Shown in pieces: positions 28,865 to 41,412 of a stretch of DNA of 64,000 bases; the first letter of the stretch is position 1, and every line of letters starts with the position of its first letter. The stretch covers positions 1,247,063 through 1,311,062 of the forward strand of contig MU053557.1 of NCBI GenBank assembly GCA_013239625.1. The letters are read 5' to 3'. The stretch is from Lama guanicoe. Lineage: Eukaryota. The notes beneath the pieces are model-generated. The model did not search any database. It worked only from the letters and a program-made list of their open reading frames with translations, and had not been told where the DNA came from. The position numbers and the translations under genes were made by a program.

Positions 28865-30195
28865 ATCTCTCTGGCACTGTGGCTTAAGGAGTATCAGTTG
28901 TCTAGTTCTCCTGGAGATGCTGTGCTCTTTATGATTTTATTGAGAGGTCTTTGTGTCTTTGCCCTGTTTCACGAACTCAGCTTGCTGTTTCCAGAGGCCC
29001 TCTGTTGGCGCCCTCTTCTGTGCTGCTCCCAGTGGCTATTGGCTAGCAGATTGCACCCCCTCCCAACACTGGGTCAGGTGCTGAGCTCTTACCCAGTGGG
29101 CAGGTGGGTCACTCCCCTTCCTGATGCCGCAGTCAGATGCTGCACTTGGGGGAGGCAGGTGGGCAGATCGCGCCCCCTCCTAGCCCTGTGCTCAGGTGCT
29201 GCATTCCTGCCAGGAAAGCGGGTTGCCACCCACCCTTTGCCGGCGCCAGTTGCTCCGCTACTCTATGCAGCTGCCCGCTCCGCCTTGGGTCGGCGTTCCA
29301 AAGGTGGGCTTGGGGAACACCAGGGAATGGCCCCACCTCGGCTTCGTACCAAATCTCAGCTCCTTGTTTGTCTTGGTGGCACGAGTTCTCTGAGGTGCCA
29401 GGGCAGAATGATCTTATCTGCCTCCAGCTGTAAACAAGTCTCAGTCCTGTCTAGGAGGTTGCGGAGCCCCCAGGTGTGGATTCGGGCCTCGGCCCCACCC
29501 CAACCCGGGCGCTGCGCACAGGAGGAGATGGCGGCTGTGGCTGAGCCCTGCCTCTCTTCTCGTGAGAAGTGCCAGTAATGGCGGTGCAGATCTGAGGAGA
29601 CAAAGGCTATGGCGCCCCTCCACCCAGGGCACACCAGCCGTGTTGCTTTGCTTTTTTCGCAGTTTATATGGGACCGAGGTTGTTCTGCTCCGTATCCCCT
29701 CCCAGCCACGGCGCGCAGCATCCTGCTGCCTCAGTGCAGCCGCCCCCCCCATCCTCTGCCCGGTTCGGGCGGCCTGTCCTGGCCCCAGCTGCCCGCTTGT
29801 GTCTTGGGCTGGGTGTCGTAGGGACCCTCTGTGCCCGTTCAACTCAGTTCTGTAGGTCAAGGGGTGCTCGGGGCAGATCTGAGCCTCGGAGGTTCCCCCT
29901 CCGTCCCGCTGGCCTCTCCACTGGAGAGGGGAGACCCAGTGAACGAGCGCCAGTCCTCCTTTGCCGCTCCCTCCCCACGGGATCGGTCCCGCACTGTTTT
30001 GCTTTTTCTTCTTTCTTTTTTCCTTTTTTCCTACCAGATTTTTGGTGTCTTTGTCTTTCGAAGAGGGTGATGTTCTGTTGGAGTTTGGCAGGTGCTCTGG
30101 TTGGCTGGGTGGGTCCCTAGATGTGAGTTTTGGTGTATTTGTGGGAGAGGGAGAGCTACAATCGTCCTTCTACTCCACCATCTTGCTTCTCTGCC
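28865..30195 (-). promoter_or_regulatory. L1 5' UTR internal promoter, CpG-island-like
   Basis: The only long CpG-dense, GC-rich stretch in the window (~29020-30000), directly upstream of ORF1. YY1-like aagatggtgg at the extreme 5' end. Confidence 0.75.
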
Positions 30196-30202
30196 TTAAA
30201 AC

Positions 30203-30799
30203 ATTTTTAAATTGTTTTTTTTTAATTGAAATATAGTCAATTACAATGTGTCAATCTCTGGTGAACAGTACAATGTCCCAGTCATGCATATACATAGGTA
30301 TGTTCGTTTTCGTTTGTTTTTTCATTAAAGGTTATTGCAAGATACTGAACATAGTTCCCTGTGCTGTACAAAAGAAACTTTTAAAATTTACTTTTATATA
30401 TAGTGGCTAACATTTGTAAATCTCAAACTCCCAAATTGATCCCTTCCCACTCTCTTCCCTGGTAACCATGAGATTGTTTACTATGTCTGCGAGTCTGTTT
30501 CTGTTTTGTGGATGAGTTCATAGTATCCTCTTTTTTTTTTTTTAGATTCCACATATGAGTGATAATCATATGGTATTTTTTGTTCTCTTTCTGGCTTACT
30601 TCATTTAGAATGGCAGTCTCTGGGTCCATCCATGTTGCTGCAAATGGCATTATTCTATTATTTTTATGGCTGAGTAGTATTCCATTGTATAAATATACCA
30701 CCTCTTCTTTATCCAGTCATCTGTCGATGGACATTTAGGCTGTTTCCATGTTGTGGCTATTGTAAATAGTGCTGCTATGGACATTGAGATGCATGTGTC
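30203..30799 (-). mobile_element. 5'-truncated LINE-1 (3' UTR and ORF2 tip), host of the younger L1
   Basis: T-rich tail, L1 3' UTR and a MPFAATWMDPETAILNEVSQKE peptide. Outer TSDs aatagtggcattttaaaa (27131-27148) and aatagtgccatttttaaaa (30800-30818). Confidence 0.9.
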
Positions 30800-33700
30800 A
30801 ATAGTGCCATTTTTAAAAAGTCACCCTTGGCACAAATTAAAGATGTAAATCTTTGGGACCTGCCTTCCAGAAACTCCTATTTGGAAAGTGAGTTAAAGAG
30901 CATAGGTAGGAATTGTGCTTTGGCATGTACCCCAGGTGAATCAATGTAGATGGCATTGGGCCACAACTTGAGAAATTCTGGAAGCTGTCAGGGATCATTA
31001 GGGAGAATGTATAGTGTATAGATGAGCAGCATCACTGCAGAGCCAAAAGACCTGTCTGTCTGATCTCAGCTTTGTCCCTCCACCATGAGTGAGTTTATTC
31101 TTCAGCTTCTCTGAGTATCAGTTATCCTACCTGTGAAATGGGAACTAGCTAAGTTGTTGTGAGAATTATATACATACAATAGTGTGTGTCTGTATAGCAC
31201 AGTGTGCCAGGTGCATAGTAAGTGCTTAATACATATTAGTTGTTGTTATTAATAAAGTGCTTGTTGTATACCTTATACTTTAAGTATTCCTTAAGCAGTG
31301 AGTGGTATTATTGGTATTTTGAGAGAGCAACCAAGTCATTTACCATATTTCATATATACATACAAAATTTGTATATGTAATATATATACATGTTACATAT
31401 AACATATAATTTACTGTGTGTAATAATGTAAGTATATTTTTCCTGTGGCTGTACCCTAGTCTCCTTATTGCTTCTCCCTCAGCACCTCCCCGCCCCAATC
31501 TACAACAGGAAATGCCTGTCTGAGAGAGCAGGTGTGGTATCAGTGCAGTTATTCATATATTCTTTAAAATGTTATTTTCCCTTTCCTTCCAATGGACCTT
31601 CACTAAAATGGCCAATTGCATTCAACAAGCCTGGTGAGAACTCACGTTTCTGATTGAGAGGAAATATGTTTAAGTAATTGAGACATTTCAACATGCTTAT
31701 TCCCACCCGGGCTAGAGGTCTTTCGGTCCAGTGAGCTTGTCAAGTGCAGTGAAAATATACTCAACCCAGGTTGTCATTTATATGTATAAGCTTACAGGAT
31801 ACTGAAAAAGTCTACCAGGAGATAAAATAAGGGCCTCAAATCATCAAGAATGGTGAGTTGAGCAGTACTTTGTCATCAATTGTCTAAAATAACTTGATTG
31901 CAAAGATTCTGAGGATGGATGGTGGAAATAAACTCAAGTGTGAAGTGACAGCTATGCCAAGAAAACTGGAGATGGATGTCAGAAAATTCCAAGTGGCTTT
32001 CAGCCTATCTGAGTGCTTCAGATAGCACAGATCACCTAGGAACCAGACACTCTGTGATTGACTTTAAGTTGTTGTCGTTAAAAAGTTCTGAGAGCAGCAA
32101 TCAGTCACCTTGGCTACAGTGATGCATCTTATTATTGAAAATGGCCCTAAACATCACATTCTCGTTGGTGGCAGTAGCAGTAATGCTGATAGTAGTGGTG
32201 ATGGATTCCAGTGTTAGTAGCAGTGTGGAAGGTGTCTATTTTTTGTTTCTTCTGAAAAAGTATTTTTTATTCTTCTGGTTAGGTTGCATAGCACACTGGA
32301 TGAAAGTCGAGCCTTAGAGTTTAATGAGACCAAGGTTTGAATCTAGTTTGGTATTTCCTAGCTGTGTGAAGTTGGGCAAGCTGTTTGGAGTCGTTAAATT
32401 TCAGTTTTCTCATCTGTCAAACAAGAACAAATCCCTGATCTTAAAGGGTTGCTTATATAATTGAATTAATTTATACAAATGTATATGAATTATTTTCTAT
32501 GTAATTTAGTTACATAAGGTACCTGAGTCATAGGAGATGATCAATATATGCTTCCTCCACAGCAGTGTTAGTGGTAATAAAAGTGTTAGAAGTAGGGTGT
32601 TTTTAAATGCCGTATCCTGATTCTCCTTTAATCTGCTATCTAAACTGAGTATGTAGATTGTTTAAATGGTATACTACCTAAAATGGGTTTTCTCAGTGGA
32701 AAGGAACACATGGTGAAAATGTCTAAGAAGAAGGAAGAGATTCAGAATAGTTCAGGTGATTTTAAGCACATGGAGACCAACAGAATTAACATGCCAGAGC
32801 CCAGACAATGTATTTATTATTACACATTCAGGGCAGTAGAAGGTGGAGTGCCCATCTGAATCTGCTTACAAGCAAATAATAAGCTCCAAACATCTTTATC
32901 CATTGATGAAGTTGTTTCATGCCAAGATCTTGAGCACATTCTTAAACTACTAAATTGCTATCAACTTCCCCTAGTCTGGTAAGATATAGGAAGTCAGAGG
33001 TTCCCATGGGCAGCCTGAGCCTCGTGAGTGCATTTCACTTTCCTTTTGGGGGCCCTATCGTCCTATTATGCAGCCCGCTTTGTACCCATCAAATTTTTTG
33101 TTTGCTGGGAGGAGCCAATGAGCTTATTTAAACTGAGATGTAAGGGACTGATACTGCTTTGTAAATCTTCTTCTTGAGGAAATATTTTTGCACGACTGAA
33201 GACTAATAAATCTCTAGTTTTAGGATGTCAAATATGAGCCAGTAGATGGAGGACAAAGGAATAGGTATCTTTTTGGATAAGGTAATTGTACTTGTAAATT
33301 AATTCTTTGCTGTATTTGTGTAAAAGTCACATTCATTGAGAAAATTTTCAAACAACAGAAAAGCCACAAAAATGATAATGGGTATTGCCTGTCTATGTAA
33401 CACTCAGACTTAAGAATTAAGCCTTATTAAAATTGAGAATTTTGTGCATACAGATGCAGAGATCCCTTTACAAATAGCCGTTTTCCGATGCACGCGCGGA
33501 AGCGGTGTTCCATATGCCGGTTTATGAACTGTTCTTATGTACTGGCTGTTTCCATTTCATTGTATTTCTACATCCCTATTTTAACAGCTACATGTTATTT
33601 CATCATATAGATGGGCCTTGCCGTTTTTAACCTGTGTTCTGTGGTTCTAAGTCTCGGCTTCTTAGAGCCACATAGAGATGCAAAATTTTGAGATATATTG

Positions 33701-34619
33701 ATGTATTATCAAAATTACAGAGAGTTATTATCAGGTTGAAAGGGAATCAGCACGGCCCCCTACTCTCACTGTGACTGATACCATTATTAAAAACAGTGGA
33801 ATATATACAGAATCACAGGACATATTTCACTTGAACGTGTGACCAGCCCACCCCAATATGGGATATCATTGCTTACTCAGTTGAAAGACTGTGCTGGTCC
33901 CCTATTCTGTTCCCAGTTATGCCCATTTCGGAGCTAGTGTTAGCAGGGACAGATAGCTGCAAGCTTGGTAAGAGAACCACACGAGGATGGTGACGTAAGC
34001 ATGCTTGCATTTCATCTCCATTCTAACAGAGACATTGTGGAACGATTTCTGAGTGCCAGTGCAATGACACAACCCCGGTGGGGCTCCTTTAAAAAGGAAG
34101 CAGCACATGCATGTTATCTTTATATTTTAACAGAGGCAATAATAATGTCATGATGCTGCTAGAAATGGAATGATTCAAATATAGTGCCTGTACCAAATGT
34201 CAGTCTGTACAAAAAAATCCAATCATGGTTATAATCAGATAAGGCCCCTTTCTCCCTGTGGGCAATAGGTTGTTTTTAAGGATCCTTTTTTTTTTTAAGC
34301 TATGAAAAGCAAAATCCATTCTTGCTTTATTTTTATCTAAAATACTTATGAGAACATTTTTCCCCTTCTGTAATCTAAAGTGGAAAAACTAAACTGCAAT
34401 TGCTTTTTTTTTTTAAATGAAAACACTTATGATTAACGGTTGCCTAAGGTTGTACTGTAACTTGGAGATACATGATTTGTTTCAGAGGCATCAATTAAAA
34501 AAAATGATTTGACAGGAGTAATTGCATACAAAAGCTAGGATCATTTCCTCATGAACTAATAGCAAAATAAAAAAATCACATGAACGTTGGAGTTAACTAG
34601 CTCTCCATTCTAGGCCTTT

Positions 34620-35630
34620 GTACTACTTCCTACTTTGTGCCCTTCTTAGGGAATCTCAACCACACGCAGAGCTCTGGCACCATCTGTTTGTTTGCTCATG
34701 ACCCTCAAATTTATCTTTCTAACCCATAATTTACTTTTTGAGCTCCCGGTATATCCAACTGCCTTCCTGATCTCTCAACTTGCAGCTCCCCAGTGCCCGT
34801 AAAACGTGAGACGTCTGAAATCCATAAGTTTCTCCCTCAAAACGGGTCCTCTTCTAGCTACCCTGTGTGAAGACAAAAACAAATAGGCATGATCATCTCC
34901 GACCGGCCCATCAGCAAAGCTTATCCTGCTCTCCTCCTGTCTCAAAGGTATCCTTTTCTGTCTCCCTGGCCCTTTCTTGGTTCAGCTAGCCTCCTCTCCC
35001 ACCTGTCTGAGCCTCCTACCTACAAGCCATTGCACTCAGTCTCCTGGAGTGCAGACCTTCCTCCCCTGCCCCCCATCTTCAGCGCTTTCTAGCTTGCTCA
35101 CCCCAAAAGAGTGGGAATATTCTTTTTACAACTCAATATGATCAACTTAAAACCCTTTAAGGGATTCTCATTGATCTGTGATACTAAAAATATCTTTAAC
35201 AAGGCCTGCAAGGATCTGGGCTGTTCTGCCTATTTTTCTAGTCTTATTTTGCACCACTGTCTCCCCCACCCCATTCCCTGTGCTGAAACAGCACTACCCT
35301 TCTTCTGGTCTCCCACCTACATCATGTGTCACCTGACAAAGGCCTCTGCAGGTGCTATCCCCACACCACCACCTCCCCCAACCTGGAACATGCTTGTCTC
35401 GCCTTTTCTTCTGTTTTCTCCTCATCACTCTCCATCTCTCACTCCAAGCATCACTTCCTTATGGAAACTTCCTCTGCCCCACCAGCCTAGGAATGATGTC
35501 TCCAGTCCCTGCTCTCATAGAATTGCATTCTTTCCTTCATGTTACCTAGCTCATCTTTGTAATTATACACCTCTCCTTTGGACTTACTTGATTAATGTCT
35601 GGTTGATAAGCTCTATGAGAATGGGGACTA
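34620..35630 (+). mobile_element. L2 LINE fragment
   Basis: atatccaactgccttcctga...tttaacaaggcctgcaagg...taagctctatgagaatgggg. Confidence 0.6.
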
Positions 35631-35632
35631 CC

Positions 35633-36030
35633 TAGTGTGCTAGGGGTGCCACAAAATGAGTGGCTTAAACAACAGAAATGCACTTTCTCTCTGTTCTGGA
35701 GGCTGAACATCTGAAACTAGGGTATTGGCAGGATTCTTTCCTTTTGAGAACTGGGAGGGAAGGATCTGTTCCAGGCCTCTCTCCTTGGCTTATGGTCACC
35801 TGTCTTCTCCTTGTGTCTCTTCACATCATCTTCCCCCTGATCATATTTGTTCCAAATTTCTCCTTTTTACAAGGATGCCAGTCATACTGAATGAAGGCTC
35901 ATCCTTATGATTTCGTCTTAACTAATTACATATGTAGTGACCCTGTTTCTATATACGGTTACATTCTCATGAACTGGGGACTGGTACTTCAACACACAAA
36001 TTTTGGGGGTGACATAACTCAACTCACAAC
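35633..36030. mobile_element. MaLR LTR (MLT1B/C-like)
   Basis: gtggcttaaacaacagaaatg...gttctggaggctg...tgttccaggcctctctcct...caactcacaaca. Confidence 0.8.
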
Positions 36031-36505
36031 ATGTACCATATTTGTTTTGCCCCCTGATGTCTCCAGTCCTAAGCAGTAACAAAGCTGTCAATAAATAGAT
36101 GACTGGTTGCTTCTTAACATTCAGGTAGCCAGAATTACCAGTAGCAGGGATTAGCTCCTTAACATGGCAGGGTTATTTCTGTATTATTTCTTCCCTTCCA
36201 TATTAGCATTAATTTTTTTCTTTCTCTAAAAAAGACTGGGGATATGTTAAAAGAAGTTTTAGTAGAACAGCGGGTAACTGAGACCATGACCTGAATTCAA
36301 TGATGTGATGGTGACAGAGAGGCTGTCCCTTTGTGGGAACTCAGTACATTTTGATGGAAGAGAAACAGTGGGGTGGGGGTGGGGGGCGATGGCCAAAACA
36401 GAGAATAAACGCTATTCCCAGAGGCTTTAAGGATTTGAAAACACAACGTGGAATGTGAGTAGAAAGTATGGCATACCTGCTGAGCTCCTTGCCTGAGACG
36501 CCAAC

Positions 36506-37090
36506 TGTGACGTACTGCTTTTTCCAGAGATAGCCGCATTATCTCCCATCCCAGTGCTCTTCTGCAGTGTGGTTTTGTCACTCCCCAACAAGAGCCAGAG
36601 TCTGCCACTCCACATCCTGGACTCTGAGCAGGCTCTCTGACTACTTTGAACACTAGAATCCAGCCAGAATGGCACTGTGCCAGTTTCGTGGGGAGCCTTC
36701 AACTGGCCCAGCAGTTTCCATTCTGTTCTCTTGGAAGTCAAACACCATGTACGATGTGTGACTCTCCTAAGACCACCGTGCTGTCAGAAGACCAAGCCAT
36801 GTGGAGAGGTCTGGAAGATGAGAGACCACACGGGGAGAAGGAAGGAGGACAAAGTACCATGGGGAGCCTGACCTGTGAGTGATGAGACCTTCCTGGAGTC
36901 CAGCCCAGCTGGGCGGCAAGGTGGCTCCAGCCCCCGCTGCTATCTGACTGCAGCCTCATGAGACACTGTGGGTGAGAACTGCCCTCCTGAGCTTAGTCAA
37001 CCCTCAGGACGGCGAGAGATAATAATACACTGTCGTTTCCAGATGTTCCGCTTTAGGGTGGTTTGATAGGCAGCAGTAAGTAACCAGAAT
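36506..37090. mobile_element. MaLR LTR (MLT1F/G/H-like)
   Basis: atctcccatcccagtgctcttctgcagtg...ctgactgcagcctcatgagacac...gcagcagtaagtaaccagaa. Confidence 0.72.
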
Positions 37091-39659
37091 CACCCAGTAA
37101 ATGTTCAATAAATGCCTAGCATATTGCAGGTATGAAACATCTTGTTGTTGTTCAGTGGATAAATTTATCTCCAGGGTCCAAAGGGAATGAACATAAAGAA
37201 CTCAGAGAAACAGGTACTATGTGCAAGATGTGAAAGGTCTCTTAAAGGTTTCCTGTCAGAATGCTTTTTTTTTTTTTTTAAGAAAGCCTCCTCCAGAAGC
37301 CTTACAAGGCACTGTAGAGCTGACCTTAAATGTCAGGTCAGGCACCCAGCTCAGACCTCAGGAACCACGGAGGCTTTGGGGAGGGAGTTCCTGAATCTGA
37401 GGACTAGAGGTGTGAAGTAACTGCTTGGTTGGCAGCTGGAAGTGAGAATCTTATTCCTAGAAAGTGTTAAGATTTGAAGAGACGGCATTTAGGCACTTCA
37501 GTTCAGTGACTCATCAAAGTGTTACCCTCTTCATTTCCCAACCCTTACCCAAATCCAACCAGTCTGAATTATTTGACTAAGTACAGTGTCTTTATATAAC
37601 TAATCTGGTGAACAAGCTGTAGTTGGACCCTGACGACTGGCAAGTCAGTCAGCCTCCAATTGTCCTAATTTTCACTTGTTGAAGAGGCTAGGGTGATGGA
37701 GTTATTTCTGTATTGATCAGCTTTGCATATGGTGAAGAGCTTCATGTATCAAAACAAACTCTGCTTGAAAAAATAAGCATATATCAGATCTTAAAAAAAA
37801 TCTTTTCACACCTAAATGCATAGTTGTCCAGGTATAGGAAAATATTTATGTTGAAGCCCTCAAAAGTGTGATTCTGAATACTTCCATGTGTATAGCACAC
37901 GTCTACAGTTTTGTTGAATACCCATCCCCTTACCCGTACACTGTGCACACAAATACATACCACACACACATCTTTTCAGAAGTTAGACTTCAGCTTTTCC
38001 ACTAACACATCATCCAATTTCAATATCTTTTATTTCTTTTAAAAATTAAACCAGTGTGCAGCTTTGCATTCAAGAGCCATGTAAGTTACACTGTTTATTT
38101 CCACTCAAGGTAGTTTTCAGAGAATACACCACACTTGTATTTATAAGATTATCTCCTGAAAAGTGTAGAATAGCGTGTAATTTCCCACACACGCAATTTT
38201 TTTTCAAAACCGTTACCCTGAGCATAACCTAGGAAACTTAAACAATATTCACTTATAATCAAAGTCTCGTTGTTAGCCAGACTGTTTTCTTACTGTTGTT
38301 TCTGTCTTAGAAATCATCAATCATCAGTGTGCAAGTGTCTAAATTAGGAAAATAGTTAGAATTTGTCTTGTGTTTCTTCAGTACAAACATCTAACTCTTT
38401 AATCTTTTTTGGACCAAGGAAGCACCAAGGCCCAATAGAAGGAGTTTTGTCATACTACATGTGAGTGACTTAAAAAAAAAAACAACAGTAAGCTTATTTT
38501 AAAGAAATGATGAATGTCAGTGGAAAAAGGAATGTAGCTTTTATAAGCAAGTATTCTGCATACTTTCCATCTGCACTTATTTACATCACTATGGACATGA
38601 TTTAATAGGATAATAGAAGTATGGCCATGAGCTTTGATGTCAGAGAGAATAAAATTTGAATCTTAGCTCTGCCCTACATGTAAAAAACGGATAATTACAT
38701 TTTCCCCAAAGTAACATGCTTCAGACTGAACGTGTAATATATGCAGGCTACTAATAGTTCAGTGAAGTATTACAGTTGTCAGTGTTCACTGCCATTATCA
38801 TTACTGTAAGACATAGAATGTTCTCCTATTAGAAGATATTTCTATATCTAAATATTTCTGCAATGCCAGCAACACCAAGTTACTTATGAAAACATAGAAC
38901 AATTTCATTAGGAGGTGAGGTCATTCAAAAATAATCTAAAAAACATTTTCCAAAAATAGAAAAAGTCTATATTGTTTTCTAGTTGTAAGGTTAAAATACG
39001 CTTGTAGTAAAATTTAGAATGACAAAAAGTTAATGATATTAAAGTAAACCCCTCTTACAATCTTATAACTCCAAGATTTGGGGTTATTCTCTCAGATTTA
39101 TTTAAATGTATACTCAAGTATATATGTATAGGTATGTAAATGTATGTTTTTAATCTTCTTCAACTGATTTGATTTGGCTCTACAGTATGACCTAGAGATT
39201 ATTATGTGTCTTTACACGGAGAGAACTCACTATTCTTAAGTTCTGTATAACTTTCCATGATACATTATAATGCAGGACATTAAGATTGCTTCAAATTTGT
39301 GGCAATCACAAATAAATAAAAGCTCTATGCTGGAGAATGGTTGCCAATGTTTTCTAATCTTTAAACAGAATTAGGAAAGGATTTTTAGTTGGGTTGGTAT
39401 TATAAATTCTTTTTATATTAATAATGAACAAGATAGCATTTTAAACATCTTAAAGCCACTTAAATGCTAGTGTGTATCTTAAAGGCCAGAGTGTTCTTTG
39501 CTTACATCACAGCAAAAGTTTAAGCACATATTTGCAGGATAGATCATGAAAGAGCAAAATGTGTCAAAATGAGATAAATGAAGATATTTCAATGACATTT
39601 ACCATCAGATGAAGTAGACATTACAGTGGATGTAGGAAAAATAGAAGCACTCAAAGCAT

Positions 39660-40150
39660 ATATTTTGGGGATTTAAGGCAAAAAAAGTGACTGTAGCCAG
39701 TCTTCATGATAATCTTTAGAATATGGCATGAGATGGTTGCAAGGAAAAATGAATGCTATTTGATAAATGGTTTTATTTTAATTCTCACAAAGAGGGAAAT
39801 ACATTTCAGAATGCATGAGAAATATTACAAAACAGACAAGTTATCAGAAACTGAATATAGATAAATATTGTGCTGGTTTTCTTTTACAACATAATTTCAA
39901 AATCTACAAACCAACAAACCTGATTCTGATCACAAAGAAAAAGTCACAAGAAGCTTATTAAATGCTAGGTTTGTTAGCGTGCCGAAGAGAAACTGAAACT
40001 CACTAGGTACCCAAGGGGGTCCACTATGAACAAATCATATTGGTAAGCAGTCTAATTTTCAGTTTGTTTTTCTAATCTTGTAAACAATATGAATCTCATC
40101 AACATAGTTAATCAGAAAAAGCAGCAAAAACTTTGACAAAGTCAGTCTTG
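39660..40150 (+). mobile_element. Ancient CR1/L3 LINE reverse-transcriptase fragment
   Basis: Degenerate colinear motifs: tacaaaccaacaaacctgatt (YRPVSL-like), actaggtacccaagggggtccactatgaacaaatca (TRSQHGFTKNKS-like), agcaaaaactttgacaaagtc (SKAFDKV-like). Confidence 0.5.
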
Positions 40151-41364
40151 CCCTGGCTGCAGGTCAGATGATATGTGAATTACCAGATTTTTAAAGTTCT
40201 TGAGAAGAGTGTCTCTGAGGTCATTCCTTAATGGTTTTTCTTTATAAAGTTTTTATCAGTTACTTGGATGAAACTAGAGATGAACTCTGTTTTTCAGAAA
40301 ACTCAACAGTAAGGAGGACAAATGAGTGCAGAGTCAAAACCTTTTCAGAAACATTAATAGAAATTGAAAAAGTCATCAACTTGAAATCTTAGAGTTTTTA
40401 TTTATAACTGGCCTCACTCTGCTGCCATAATGTGGTCACATTCAATGAAAGAAACAGTTCCTATCCAGAGAATTGCACATAATTAGAAGTAAGTGGACTG
40501 CAGTTTTAATCCTATCAAAAATAAACTGTTTAACTTGGGGCAAGTTGATTAATAGTTTACGGCAGGGGGGGGATTAAATTTGTACTGATCCTCTTTATAT
40601 AAAGATAAAGTAAGGTGCTCTTTCCTCATCTTCAGTTTTCCTCTTCCTCATTCTTAATATAAAGTATTTTTGAAAAGCCAGCTTTGTGGTAGGTGCTATG
40701 CTAGATGCTCTAAGACTTAGCAAATTAACTTTAAAAGTTCTTTGCCATCAGAAAGTTTACAGTTACTTAACTGTGGTCATGTGGTGTGATGTACAGGGTA
40801 AGGACTTCAGAGTAAAAAAGATTAAAGCTCAAATTTCTGTTTTTCCATTTCTAACTGAGGCCGGTTGAGCAAGTTACTGAAACTTTCTGAGCCTCTTTCA
40901 TCATCTGTGAAAAAGAGATGATAGTGTTTATTAATAGTGTTATGAGAATTAAATACAATAATATAATAGTAGTAGTATGTGATGTATAATAAAGTGTAAC
41001 TATTTATGCAAGAACTTTGGATTAAAATATCCGTAATAAAAAGGGGGTAACAGCACTGTAAGAAAGCTGAGGTTGAAGTGTTGTTTGTGCTAAGAGTGAC
41101 TATTTTTAATTGATTAATCTTTGCTCTTATGTTTTATTTATAGCTTTATTTCATGGACACTTTCCAACAGATACATAAATAGACAATAAACCCATGCGTA
41201 TGGATTATATGCCTTCAACAATTACCAACACATTTCACTCATAATTCTTCTTGCTTTTCTTAGGTTGCTTGTATTATCTTTATTTTCACCTCTAAGTACT
41301 ATTTTGCTCTTCATTCCTTTTTTAACCCCAAAACTACTAAGGAGACGCAGAAGAGCAAAGAGGT

Positions 41365-41366
<2 letters not shown>

Positions 41367-41410
<44 letters not shown>
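41367..41410. repeat. (AC)22 microsatellite
   Basis: Perfect dinucleotide run read directly. Confidence 0.97.

Positions 41411-41412
<2 letters not shown>

Larger units (their letters stand above)
27150..30195 (-). mobile_element. Young LINE-1 (camelid-like) with near-complete internal loss of ORF2
   Basis: Poly(T) at ~27150, L1 3' UTR, ORF2 C-terminus ([23 protein letters not shown]...[18 protein letters not shown]), a direct jump at 27840/27841 to the inter-ORF spacer and ORF1, then a GC-rich 5' UTR beginning ggcagagaagcaagatggtggag. TSD ttaaaac at 27143-27149 and 30196-30202. Confidence 0.95.

Noticed and set aside
28829..30236. Long overlapping ORFs (249, 150, 139 and 121 aa)
   Set aside because: All lie in the GC-rich, stop-poor L1 5' UTR, occur in several frames on both strands, and resemble no protein I recognise.
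33877..33956. Possible 80-nt minus-strand exon (ttgcag acceptor, gtaagc donor; LSVPANTSSEMGITGNRIGDQHSLST)
   Set aside because: Peptide not recognised, no partner exons found, and such splice-like pairs are common by chance; needs RNA-seq.
35111..35635. 174-aa plus-strand ORF
   Set aside because: Lies within a pyrimidine-rich L2 fragment; low-complexity Pro/Leu/Ser product.
41144..41200. Plus-strand acceptor followed by a stop and AATAAA (possible terminal exon)
   Set aside because: All frames close quickly, the peptides are unrecognised, and these signals are frequent in AT-rich DNA.
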